DNA of 64,000 nt from Phototrophicaceae bacterium. Lineage in GTDB: Bacteria > Chloroflexota > Anaerolineae > Aggregatilineales > Phototrophicaceae. This document shows, piece after piece, positions 48,561 to 57,025 of the stretch (position 1 is its first letter; each line of letters begins with the position of its first letter). Location: NCBI GenBank assembly GCA_965261805.1, contig OZ253483.1, forward strand, positions 328,187-392,186, given 5' to 3'. Below the pieces are notes generated by a model. That model was not told where the DNA came from. It saw nothing but the letters and a program-made list of their open reading frames with translations, and searched no databases. The position numbers and the translations under genes were made by a program.

Positions 48561-48936
48561 TATGCGCCAGATGGTGCGCTTCTACAATGCTGTTTTTGAC
48601 GCGCGCCTGAAAGCCACAGTGCACATCGGCGACGAGCAATTTTATGGCGGCAAGATCGGCGCGCTGGAACTGACGCTCTGCCCCAACGCAATCGCCGGCG
48701 TGGTCGCCCAACAAAATCGGCAGCAGTTGCGCTTTGCCGTGCGCGATATCGAGCGGGCGATGCAACGGGGCTTGGCTTGTCATGGCAGCGAGATCAACCC
48801 GATTGACGAATACAAAGGCGCCAAAGTGGCATCGCTGGCCGACCCCGATGGCAACACAATCGAATTCGTGCAGGCTGGTGTCATAACACCGCTTCAGGAT
48901 GCTACTTGCCGCATCTGCTCGGGCGTCGGCGCATAA
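48517..48936 (+). CDS. Glyoxalase/VOC family protein
   Basis: ...LTIATTNMRQMVRFYNAVFDARL... and C-terminal LADPDGNTIEFVQ typical of VOC fold; first ATG at 48523. Confidence 0.6.
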   Translation: MNMMRLSGLTIATTNMRQMVRFYNAVFDARLKATVHIGDEQFYGGKIGALELTLCPNAIAGVVAQQNRQQLRFAVRDIERAMQRGLACHGSEINPIDEYKGAKVASLADPDGNTIEFVQAGVITPLQDATCRICSGVGA

Positions 48937-49877
48937 TTGCCCAAGTGGCGGACGACGATGCCGCTGGCGATATTGGCGAGCCCGACCGCATCGCGCGCCG
49001 ACAAGCCGCCCGCCAGCCCCAGCGTGATGGTGGCGATGGCTGTATCGCCCGCCCCCACTGTATCATATACATCGCTGACACGCGGCGCTGGACACTTGTC
49101 TGCCCGGCCTGCCTCTGCCCATGTCGCGCCCTGTCCGCCGCGCGTGATGATGGTCGCCAACCGGATGCCCAGCCGCTCGTGCAAGTCCAGCGCGCCCTGC
49201 CTGAATGCAGCATCGCTCCTCAGATCGCGGTTCAGCGCCTGCCTGGCATCGTCGGCGTTGCATTTGATGACATCCAGCCCGGCGAAAATCTCAAAGTCGC
49301 CTTGGACATCGGCAGTCAACAGCACATCGTTCGCCGCGCACAACCGCCGCAGCCGGCCGACAAGCGATGGCGTCAGCAAGCCGCCATGATAATGAGATAG
49401 CAGCGCCGCATCGGCCGTGCCGATTTGCCCGATGACGAACTCGTTGATTTCGGCTTCGGTCTCGGCATTGATAGGCGCGCGCGTCAAGGTGTCAATGCGC
49501 GCGATCTGCTGCGGAAAACGCAGGCCCATCTGCGCCAGGATGCGCGTCTTCACAGTGGTAGGACGCCCTGCGCAGGTGATCACGCCGCTGTCTATGCCGC
49601 CCGCCTGCAAGATGCCCCGCAATCGTTGACCCGCCTCGTCAGCGCCAACCACGCCGACTTGGATGGCCTGGCTGCCCAGCGCGACGATATTTGCGGCCGG
49701 ATTGGCAGCGCCGCCCGCGATATAGTGCCTGGATTCAAACTCCAGCACGGGCACAGGCGCTTCTCGACTCATGCGCGTTGCTGTGCCGGTGATATATTCA
49801 TCCAGCATCACATCGCCGATAACCAGCACTTTTTTTCCCGCCAATTGCGGAATGCACTCAGCCAGAGCCATCGACAT
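48894..49877 (-). CDS. PfkB-family sugar kinase, RfaE/HldE domain I-like (D-glycero-beta-D-manno-heptose-7-phosphate kinase-like)
   Basis: KVLVIGDVMLDEYITGTATRMSREAPVPVL...AGGAANPAANIVALG...VYDTVGAGDTAIATI...ANIASGIVVRHLG, collinear with E. coli HldE residues 1-318 from memory. Confidence 0.75.
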   Translation of the reverse strand: MSMALAECIPQLAGKKVLVIGDVMLDEYITGTATRMSREAPVPVLEFESRHYIAGGAANPAANIVALGSQAIQVGVVGADEAGQRLRGILQAGGIDSGVITCAGRPTTVKTRILAQMGLRFPQQIARIDTLTRAPINAETEAEINEFVIGQIGTADAALLSHYHGGLLTPSLVGRLRRLCAANDVLLTADVQGDFEIFAGLDVIKCNADDARQALNRDLRSDAAFRQGALDLHERLGIRLATIITRGGQGATWAEAGRADKCPAPRVSDVYDTVGAGDTAIATITLGLAGGLSARDAVGLANIASGIVVRHLGNYAPTPEQMRQVAS

Positions 49878-51726
49878 GCTTGTGCGCTCGCTTGGTATTG
49901 TCTGTCAAAGAGTGTACATCAGTCGCTCGCCAAACCGCGAAAACGAAGCGGGGCAGCCGCAGCATGCGCCTCAACCGCCAGGGTTGCCGCACCAGCCGAT
50001 ACAGCCATTCCAAGCCACGATCTTGCATCCAGCGGGGCGCGCGCGGCATAAAGCCAGCAACAAAGTCGAGCGAGCCGCCAACCCCCATCGCCATCGAAAC
50101 CTGCAGGCGCGGCAAGTTGCGGGCGATCCATTTGTCTTGCCGTGGCGCGCCATAGGCTACGAAAAGGATATCGGCGCGGCTGGCATTGACCCTCGCAACG
50201 ATGTCGTCTTCTTCGGCTGCGGCGGGGCTGCCGGCATAGCTGCCAACGATCTGCAGTTCCGGATAAGTCTTCTGGAGGACTGTCGCGGCACGCTCGGCAA
50301 TGCCTGGCGCTGCGCCCAGCAGAAATATCCGCCAGCCATGTTGCGCGGCCGCCTGCGCAATGCGTGGCACGCCGTCCGAACCCGTAACCCGCTCGGGCAA
50401 GGCGAATCCCCTGCGCCGACAAGCCCAAAGCAAGCCCGCGCCATCTGGCACGCACAGCGCCGCCCGCTGCAGAATGCCCAGAAATATCGGGTCGCCCTGC
50501 GCGATCATGATGAATTCAGGATTCACAGTGCAGACCTGCCGCGCGCCACCGCCAGCGTCTATCCAGCTTGCGATTAAAGCGAGGAAGTCGCTATAGGAAA
50601 CCGCATCGACCGGCACGCCCAGTACATTGAGTCGCCTGTTGGCGCCGCGCTCGACCGGCAGCGTTTGCGTCCGAGGCGGTTCGCGCCCAGCCAACAGTTC
50701 CAGCGCGGTCGCAAAGGCACGCGAGGGGCGAAGCAATTTCATGCAGGTGCGGGCGGCACAGCCTTCGCGCGCGCCAATTGACTGACCGACATAGCTGCAG
50801 GGACTGCAAGCGACTCGGCTGCGAAGCACTGCCGAGAGCCCGTCCATTGCCCAGGGCTGCCAGGCGCTGGCATTGCTGGGACCGAAGAAACTCAAAACGG
50901 GCGTGCCGACAGCCGCTGCCAGGTGCATGACGCCGCTGTCCGCGCCAACGAACAGGTCGGCATGGGCGATGACATCCGCTAACTGCGGAAGGCTGGTCTT
51001 GCCGGTGAGGTCGATATGCGGGCTTTCCAGCGACTCGGCAAGTTCCTGCCCGCAATCGTCTTTTTGCCCGACGACCACGATGCTCGCCCCACTTTTTTCT
51101 TGTAATTGCCGCGCCAGCTCGGCAAACAGCTGCACATCCCAGCGCCGCGCCGGGCTGTAACCGCCGCTGCCGGCATGCATGACGACGATGGGCGAAGCGA
51201 GCGAATCGCGCAGCTTGTGATGCGCCTGCCGCCGCACTTGAGCCGGTCGCGGTCGACTGCAAGCGCCCAACAAACCAACCAGATCCAGCCAGTATTGCGC
51301 TTGATGCCGCGCGCCGAATCCTTCGTCAGGCAGCGAATCGGTTAAGAAGCCCGCCGTGCCATTCTGCAAGCCGATGATGCGCCTCGCCCCGCTGGCTCTG
51401 GCAATCAGCCGAAACTTCCACAAGCCCGCGCGCAAAGTGAAATGATGGAAGAAAACCAGCATGTCGTAGCGTTTTCGCTTTATCCGCAGCAGCAGCAGTA
51501 GGTTGTCAGGCGCAAACATAGCGCGACTGGCGCTCTTGCCAGCCCGGTAAAAAGACAGCGCTTCGTTCACCAGCCCGTCAGGCAAAATCGGCAGCGCCTG
51601 TGTGGCTGCCAGCAGGTCAATGACTGCATGGGGATGCGCTTCTCGCAAGGCAGCGATAGCCGGCGTCGTCAAAACGAGATCGCCAATATCGGCCAGCTGC
51701 ACCAGGAGAATTCGTTCGTATCTCAT
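49858..51726 (-). CDS. Fusion glycosyltransferase: N-terminal GT9 (heptosyltransferase-like) + C-terminal WecG/TagA/CpsF (GT26)
   Basis: N-terminus RILLVQLADIGDLVLTTPAIAALREAHP...GADSGVMHLAAAVGTPV (GT9). C-terminus LNVLGVPVDAVSY...VCTVNPEFIMIAQ...CVPDGAGLLWA...ADILFVAYGAPRQDKWI...GVGGSLDFVAG (GT26). Junction near 50660. Confidence 0.8.
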   Translation of the reverse strand: MRYERILLVQLADIGDLVLTTPAIAALREAHPHAVIDLLAATQALPILPDGLVNEALSFYRAGKSASRAMFAPDNLLLLLRIKRKRYDMLVFFHHFTLRAGLWKFRLIARASGARRIIGLQNGTAGFLTDSLPDEGFGARHQAQYWLDLVGLLGACSRPRPAQVRRQAHHKLRDSLASPIVVMHAGSGGYSPARRWDVQLFAELARQLQEKSGASIVVVGQKDDCGQELAESLESPHIDLTGKTSLPQLADVIAHADLFVGADSGVMHLAAAVGTPVLSFFGPSNASAWQPWAMDGLSAVLRSRVACSPCSYVGQSIGAREGCAARTCMKLLRPSRAFATALELLAGREPPRTQTLPVERGANRRLNVLGVPVDAVSYSDFLALIASWIDAGGGARQVCTVNPEFIMIAQGDPIFLGILQRAALCVPDGAGLLWACRRRGFALPERVTGSDGVPRIAQAAAQHGWRIFLLGAAPGIAERAATVLQKTYPELQIVGSYAGSPAAAEEDDIVARVNASRADILFVAYGAPRQDKWIARNLPRLQVSMAMGVGGSLDFVAGFMPRAPRWMQDRGLEWLYRLVRQPWRLRRMLRLPRFVFAVWRATDVHSLTDNTKRAHKHVDGSG

Positions 51727-51737
51727 AATCGTCGATT

Positions 51738-52859
51738 CTAGCGCAGGTCCGCGCCCAGCTCTGCGAAGGCATCCAGCACCTGCAAGGCGGCCGCATCCCA
51801 GTTGAAGCGCTGCGCCCGCATGCGTCCATGCGCGCCGAGATCGCTGCGCAGCTTCTCGTCTTCGCTGATTCGCCGCATGGCATCCGCGATATCATTTATA
51901 TCCAGCGGATCCACCAGGATGCCACAATCACCAACCAGCTCGGGCAGGCTGGATGTGCTGCTGGCGATAACCGGTGTGCCGCAATGCATCGCTTCGACAA
52001 CCGGGAAGCCGAAGCCTTCATGCAGGCTGGGGAAAACCAATGCCAGCGCGCCAGCCAACAGAGGCGCTTTGTCGGATTCGTCGATGTAGCCGGTGTGCCG
52101 CAGGCTGCTCGCGCCGTCCAGCCAGCGTTCATCGAAGAGCCAGCCGCGTCCGCCCGCCAGCACGAGCGCCGTTTCTTCGTCGCCTGTCGCAGCTTGCCAC
52201 TGCGCGAATGCCCGCACGAGTCGCGCGATATTCTTGCGCGGCTGCAAAGTGCCCAAGAACAGAAAATAACGCTGCGGCAATTGGTATTTCCTGCGCACAG
52301 CCTGAATCTCGTCTGGCTTTGCGACCAGCGGCGCAGCTTCCACGCCCGGATAGACCACGCGGATTTTTTGGCGCGGCGTCGCATAGAAGCGCGCCAGGTC
52401 ATCAGCGGTGGCGTGACTATCGGCCAGCACGATGCTCGCTCGCGCCTGGCTGTAGCGGGTGGTCGTATCGAGATAGAGCCGCTGCCTGATCGGGTGCGCG
52501 CCGGGAAAATGCTTGTAGCCCAGGTCGTGCGCCGTGACGATTGCTTTGCCGGGGAAGGCAAAAGGCAGCGTGTGCGCTGGCACAAACAGGATGTCGGGAC
52601 GCCGCCTCCAGAGCGCCGCAGCCAAACGAAGATGCGTCCATAATCGTGGCAGCGGGATGACGACTTGCTCGACATGCCTGGAGCGATGAAAAAGCCCGGC
52701 CGGCGGATTATCACGAAAGTAAAGGCGAAAGTGAAAAGGCTGCGCCAAGCCTTCGTTGGCAAGAATCAGCGCATGAATCAGGCGCAGGGCGTAAGTTTCG
52801 GTGCCAGTCGGCTGGACGGCGGTGGCGCGGCTGGCGTCAATGGCGATGCGCAGGCTCAC
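51738..52859 (-). CDS. GT4-family glycosyltransferase (start reassigned to GTG 52859)
   Basis: C-terminal ...FPSLHEGFGFPVVEAMHCGTPVIAS... EX7E motif. GTG 52859-52857 overlaps the upstream stop TGA 52858-52856 (GTGA); the listed longer N-terminus overlaps the dehydrogenase gene. Confidence 0.8.
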   Translation of the reverse strand: MSLRIAIDASRATAVQPTGTETYALRLIHALILANEGLAQPFHFRLYFRDNPPAGLFHRSRHVEQVVIPLPRLWTHLRLAAALWRRRPDILFVPAHTLPFAFPGKAIVTAHDLGYKHFPGAHPIRQRLYLDTTTRYSQARASIVLADSHATADDLARFYATPRQKIRVVYPGVEAAPLVAKPDEIQAVRRKYQLPQRYFLFLGTLQPRKNIARLVRAFAQWQAATGDEETALVLAGGRGWLFDERWLDGASSLRHTGYIDESDKAPLLAGALALVFPSLHEGFGFPVVEAMHCGTPVIASSTSSLPELVGDCGILVDPLDINDIADAMRRISEDEKLRSDLGAHGRMRAQRFNWDAAALQVLDAFAELGADLR

Positions 52860-54166
52860 AAGCCGATGATGTGGCTGCCATCCCCATTGCGGAAGACATG
52901 CCGCGTATCCACGATCAGTTGGCTGTGGCGGCGCACGGCTTTCCAATCTGTGGCGGAGTGGTCGGTTGCGATGACGACGCAATGCGCATCTCGCAGCAGT
53001 TCATGGCAGAATGGCACAGAGCGCAGCATGACATCGCTTTCCAGGCGCACTTGCGGCACATGCGGGTCGTGATAGCAGACATCGGCACCGCGTTGTCGCA
53101 GCAGGCTGAGGATATCCAGCGCCGGGCTTTCACGCACATCATCGACATCGCGCTTGTAGGCCACGCCCAAAATCACCACCCGCGAGCCACGCACCGACCG
53201 CTCCAGGTTGTTCAGCGCTTCGGTGATCTTGTCCAGCACATAAAAAGGCATGGATGTATTGATCTCGCTGGCCAGTTCAATGAAGCGCGCATTGTAATTC
53301 AATGTCTTCAGCTTCCAGCTCAAATAATGCGGGTCGACCGGGATGCAGTGACCGCCCAAACCCGGACCAGGATAAAATGGCATATAGCCGAAAGGCTTGC
53401 TGGCGGCAGCTTGAATGACCTCCCAGACATCGACATCCAGCTTGTCGCACATCAGCGCCATCTCGTTGACCAAGCCGATATTCACCGCGCGGAAGGTATT
53501 TTCCAGCAATTTCACCATCTCGGCAGCGGTCGGCGAAGACACCGGCACCACGCGTTCGACAGCCGATTCATAGAGCGCTGCGGCGACCTGACTGCAGGCT
53601 GCGGTGATGCCACCCACGACCTTGGGCGTATTGCGCACCGTGAAATCGCTGTTGCCTGGGTCGATGCGCTCTGGCGAATAGGCGATGAACACATCTTCGC
53701 CCAGCGCGAGGTCGTCGCCGGCGATGCGCGGCACGATGATCTCTTCGGTTGTGCCGGGGTAGGTGGTGCTTTCCAGCACGATGAGCATGCCCGGACGGCG
53801 AATCTGCGCGATGGATTGCGCCGCCTGGATGATGTACGACATATCGGGGTCGCCCGTCTTGCGCAGCGGAGTCGGCACGCAAATGCTGATGGCATCGACT
53901 GTCCGCAATTCGTCGTAGCTGGCAGCCGCGCGCAATCGTCCCGCAGAGACCAGGTCTGCCAGCCGCGCATCTGGCACATCGGCGATATAGCTGCGCCCGG
54001 CATTGATGCCCGCCACTTTTTCCGCAGTCACATCCACGCCCAGCACGCAAAAGCCCGCCTCGGCGAATTCGACAGCCAGCGGCAAGCCGACATAGCCCAA
54101 GCCGACGATGCCGATTTGCGCCGTGCGCGCCGCGATTTTTGCGAGCAATTCTTTCTGACGATTCAT
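52856..54166 (-). CDS. Nucleotide-sugar 6-dehydrogenase (UDP-glucose/GDP-mannose dehydrogenase family; WecC/WbpA-like)
   Basis: IGIVGLGYVGLPLAVEFAEAG Rossmann motif, ...GGHCIPVDP... catalytic Cys region, 436 aa. Confidence 0.85.
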   Translation of the reverse strand: MNRQKELLAKIAARTAQIGIVGLGYVGLPLAVEFAEAGFCVLGVDVTAEKVAGINAGRSYIADVPDARLADLVSAGRLRAAASYDELRTVDAISICVPTPLRKTGDPDMSYIIQAAQSIAQIRRPGMLIVLESTTYPGTTEEIIVPRIAGDDLALGEDVFIAYSPERIDPGNSDFTVRNTPKVVGGITAACSQVAAALYESAVERVVPVSSPTAAEMVKLLENTFRAVNIGLVNEMALMCDKLDVDVWEVIQAAASKPFGYMPFYPGPGLGGHCIPVDPHYLSWKLKTLNYNARFIELASEINTSMPFYVLDKITEALNNLERSVRGSRVVILGVAYKRDVDDVRESPALDILSLLRQRGADVCYHDPHVPQVRLESDVMLRSVPFCHELLRDAHCVVIATDHSATDWKAVRRHSQLIVDTRHVFRNGDGSHIIGL

Positions 54167-54197
54167 GTTTCACCAGTGCGGTTGACGAGTCGCCGCA

Positions 54198-54203
54198 ATT
54201 ATA
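54198..54203 (-). promoter_or_regulatory. Perfect TATAAT -10 box upstream of the glycan operon (no convincing -35)
   Basis: Minus-strand TATAAT at 54203-54198, about 30 nt upstream of ATG 54166. Confidence 0.3.
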
Positions 54204-54360
54204 ATACGCGTCCAGCCTGCTCTACAGGTAGAAATCAGCGGATGCCGCTGCGGACGAAACTCTCGACAAATTGACGTTGAAAGAGCAGCGCCCAATTAAG
54301 CCTGGGTTATGGGAAAATGACCGATCGTTAAGTCTTGCGGCGGGCGTCAGGCGTTGCCGG

Positions 54361-55167
54361 TTATACGCCGACATCCCGCCGTTCATAGCGAAGCAGCGAT
54401 GCGCCAAACATAACCAGCGACAGCGCGAGATAACCAGCGATGTGCGGCCAGATAAAGCCATCGCGCAGGATATTGACCGCGTTGTAATAGCTGAAGAAGG
54501 ACACCGTGCCCAGTTGTTCTGCCACTGTGCCTTCGGCTGCCAGGCCGATAGTCTGCAGGCTAAAACTGGCGACCACAAAGGCGGTTATCATGCCCAGCGC
54601 CACCCTGCGCCGCCGCGCCACCGCCGCCACAAGCATGGTCGCCGCCATGACGAAAATCATCAGCGGGATCAAATAGAAAGTCACTTCTGTCAGCCGTTCC
54701 ACTTCCATTTCGACATTGCCCAGGCTCGCGCCGATTCCCACGCCCAGATAGATCAGCACGACAACCCCGACGATGCTGACGCAATAGGCAAAAAACTTCT
54801 CGACCAGCACCTGAGCGCGGCTCAATGGCAAACTGAGCAGCACATCCATGATGCCATTGTCTTCTTCTTCGGCGGTGATGCGCATGCCCATGACGACCGG
54901 ATACACCGCGAAGATGAGCGCCGACTTGCCAAAAAAGCCGATCGCGACGAAGCCCTCGTTGGTGGCGAAGACCTCCAGATCGCGCCCGACGCCGGTCATT
55001 GCCAAAATGAAGGGCGGGAAGCTTTCCAGCAGGCTCTTCATATCCTGCATATCAAAAAGCGGCACCATCAGCACCACCAGCATCGCCAGCGCAGCCAAGC
55101 CAAGGCCCCAGCCGAGCATCTGCTTCCAGGTCTGTTTGAAAGTTTCAATGAATACGGTGCCTGTCAT
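54361..55167 (-). CDS. ABC-2 type transporter permease (paralog B)
   Basis: 268 aa, six hydrophobic segments, EEEDNGIMDVLLSLPLSR motif shared with the upstream paralog. Confidence 0.75.
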   Translation of the reverse strand: MTGTVFIETFKQTWKQMLGWGLGLAALAMLVVLMVPLFDMQDMKSLLESFPPFILAMTGVGRDLEVFATNEGFVAIGFFGKSALIFAVYPVVMGMRITAEEEDNGIMDVLLSLPLSRAQVLVEKFFAYCVSIVGVVVLIYLGVGIGASLGNVEMEVERLTEVTFYLIPLMIFVMAATMLVAAVARRRRVALGMITAFVVASFSLQTIGLAAEGTVAEQLGTVSFFSYYNAVNILRDGFIWPHIAGYLALSLVMFGASLLRYERRDVGV

Positions 55168-55176
55168 GCGCTGCTC

Positions 55177-55983
55177 CTAGATTCCAATATCGCGACGGTC
55201 AAACAAGTGCGCGGAAAGCGCGAAGCCAATGCCGGCAACCGCCAGCAGCCCCAGCGCGTCAACCGGCTCGTATTCGCCAGCAACGATGCTTTCGCCGCCA
55301 ACATGCGAAAAATACGACAGCCCCTGCAGCAAATCCGCGATTGCGCCGCTGGCTGCGCTGCCAATGATGTTAAACATATAGCTGCCGATGACAAATACCG
55401 TGACAGCAGCAACGGCGGCGATGCGCCGGCGAAATAGCGAGGACAGCAGCACAGTCGCCGTGATCACGATCAGCGCGCCGGGATAAACAGCCAGGATACT
55501 GCCGAAGATGATGCCGATATCCGCGTCGATGCCCAGCCCGATGGCGGTCAATGTGGGCAGCAGCGCCGTGATCAACACAATGCCAAATGCCAGCAGCGCA
55601 TAAGCCAGCCACTTTTCCAGCAAAAATGCGCGCCGCGAGATCGGCAGAGACAGGACGACATCCAGGATGCCCGACTGCTCTTCGTTGGCTGTGATGGCCA
55701 AACCAGCCATTACCGCATACACCGAAAGAAAGAGCGCCAATTCGCTCGCCAGAATGGTGACCACCCAGCCTTCGGCCGACCGGAAGAGCTCTGCGCCAGA
55801 CGCGCCAAAGGCAGTCAGCAGCGCCGGGGGCAGCGACTCGAACAAGTCGGCATATCCCTGCACAATATCCGAATTTGAGGCGATGAAGACGATGTACACG
55901 CCCAGCAAGCCCAAACCCAAGCCCCAATAGAGCATTTGCTTCCAGGCTGTGCGCAGCGTGTTGCCAATGATGACGCCGCTCAT
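55177..55983 (-). CDS. ABC-2 type transporter permease (paralog A)
   Basis: 268 aa, collinear with 54361-55167 (WKQML.WGLGL, EEQSGILDVVLSLPISR, C-terminal FDRRDIGI versus YERRDVGV). Confidence 0.75.
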   Translation of the reverse strand: MSGVIIGNTLRTAWKQMLYWGLGLGLLGVYIVFIASNSDIVQGYADLFESLPPALLTAFGASGAELFRSAEGWVVTILASELALFLSVYAVMAGLAITANEEQSGILDVVLSLPISRRAFLLEKWLAYALLAFGIVLITALLPTLTAIGLGIDADIGIIFGSILAVYPGALIVITATVLLSSLFRRRIAAVAAVTVFVIGSYMFNIIGSAASGAIADLLQGLSYFSHVGGESIVAGEYEPVDALGLLAVAGIGFALSAHLFDRRDIGI

Positions 55984-56912
55984 GCGTTGTCTCCTTCGCC
56001 GCTGTAATATGCCAGGAATATGTCTTCCAGCGATGGCTCTTCAATATGCAGCTGCTCGACATAGCCAGCGCCAATCGTGCGCAGCAGCGGGTCGAAGTCG
56101 CCCTGCAGGCGCATCCGGGCATGCGGACCATCGGCGTTGAACTCGCTCACGGTCCGCAAGTTTCGCAAACCCTGCGCCACTTCGGCTGGCACATCGCCGC
56201 GGAATTGCACATGCACCCAGCGGAACTTGACATCGGTGAGGGCCTCCACGGACTGCACAGCTTTCAGGTCGCCGTCGCGCAGGATGCCGACGCGGTCGCA
56301 AATGGCTTGCACTTCGCTGAGCACATGCGACGACAAAAACACAGTCTTGCCCTTGTCGCGGTATTCATTCATCAATTCATGAAAAGTCTGCTGAACCAAG
56401 GGGTCGAGGCCGCTGGTCGGCTCATCCAGGATGAGCAGATCGGGGGAATGCATCATGGCGATGACCAAGCCCAGCTTGCGTTTGTTGCCAGAAGACAGGC
56501 CGCGCACCTTTTTGCTGGCATCCAGCTTCAGCCGCGCAGCCAGTTCTTCGGCTTGCTTGACGATGCGCTTGATATCACCGCGCACGCTGGCGATATAGTG
56601 GATGACTTGCGCGCCGCTTCGTCCCTGCCACAAGCTGAGCTCACCCGGCAAGAAGCCAATGCGCTGATGCAGTTCCACACTCTGCTGGCGTACATCCATG
56701 CCAAAAATGGTCGCGCTGCCGCTGCTGGGCCGGATCAGGTCGAGCAGCACGCGAATGGTGGTCGTCTTGCCAGCGCCGTTAGGACCAAGATAGCCGAATA
56801 TCTCGCCGGGCTGTACTTGCAGAGTCAACTTGTCCAGCGCGACGGTGGCTTTGCTGCCGCTGCCATAAATCTTGGACAGTCCCTTGATGTCTATCACCGG
56901 CGATGCCGCCAT
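55980..56912 (-). CDS. ABC transporter ATP-binding protein
   Basis: GPNGAGKTTT Walker A, LSSGNKRKL signature, LLILDEPTSGLD Walker B; ATGA overlap with the permease gene; AAGGAG SD. Confidence 0.88.
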   Translation of the reverse strand: MAASPVIDIKGLSKIYGSGSKATVALDKLTLQVQPGEIFGYLGPNGAGKTTTIRVLLDLIRPSSGSATIFGMDVRQQSVELHQRIGFLPGELSLWQGRSGAQVIHYIASVRGDIKRIVKQAEELAARLKLDASKKVRGLSSGNKRKLGLVIAMMHSPDLLILDEPTSGLDPLVQQTFHELMNEYRDKGKTVFLSSHVLSEVQAICDRVGILRDGDLKAVQSVEALTDVKFRWVHVQFRGDVPAEVAQGLRNLRTVSEFNADGPHARMRLQGDFDPLLRTIGAGYVEQLHIEEPSLEDIFLAYYSGEGDNA

Positions 56913-56978
56913 CCAAAACTCCTTGCTGCCGCAGATCTGCTATCGGAATGCTGCCATTGCGCTGTGCAACCTGCAAAG

Positions 56979-57008
56979 AGTATAGACCCCGCGCAAAGCG
57001 GCTGTCAA
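56979..57008 (-). promoter_or_regulatory. Candidate sigma70 promoter of the ABC-2 transporter operon
   Basis: Minus strand TTGACA (57008-57003), 18-nt spacer, TATACT (56984-56979). Confidence 0.5.
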
Positions 57009-57025
57009 ATCGCAGCTGACCCCCA

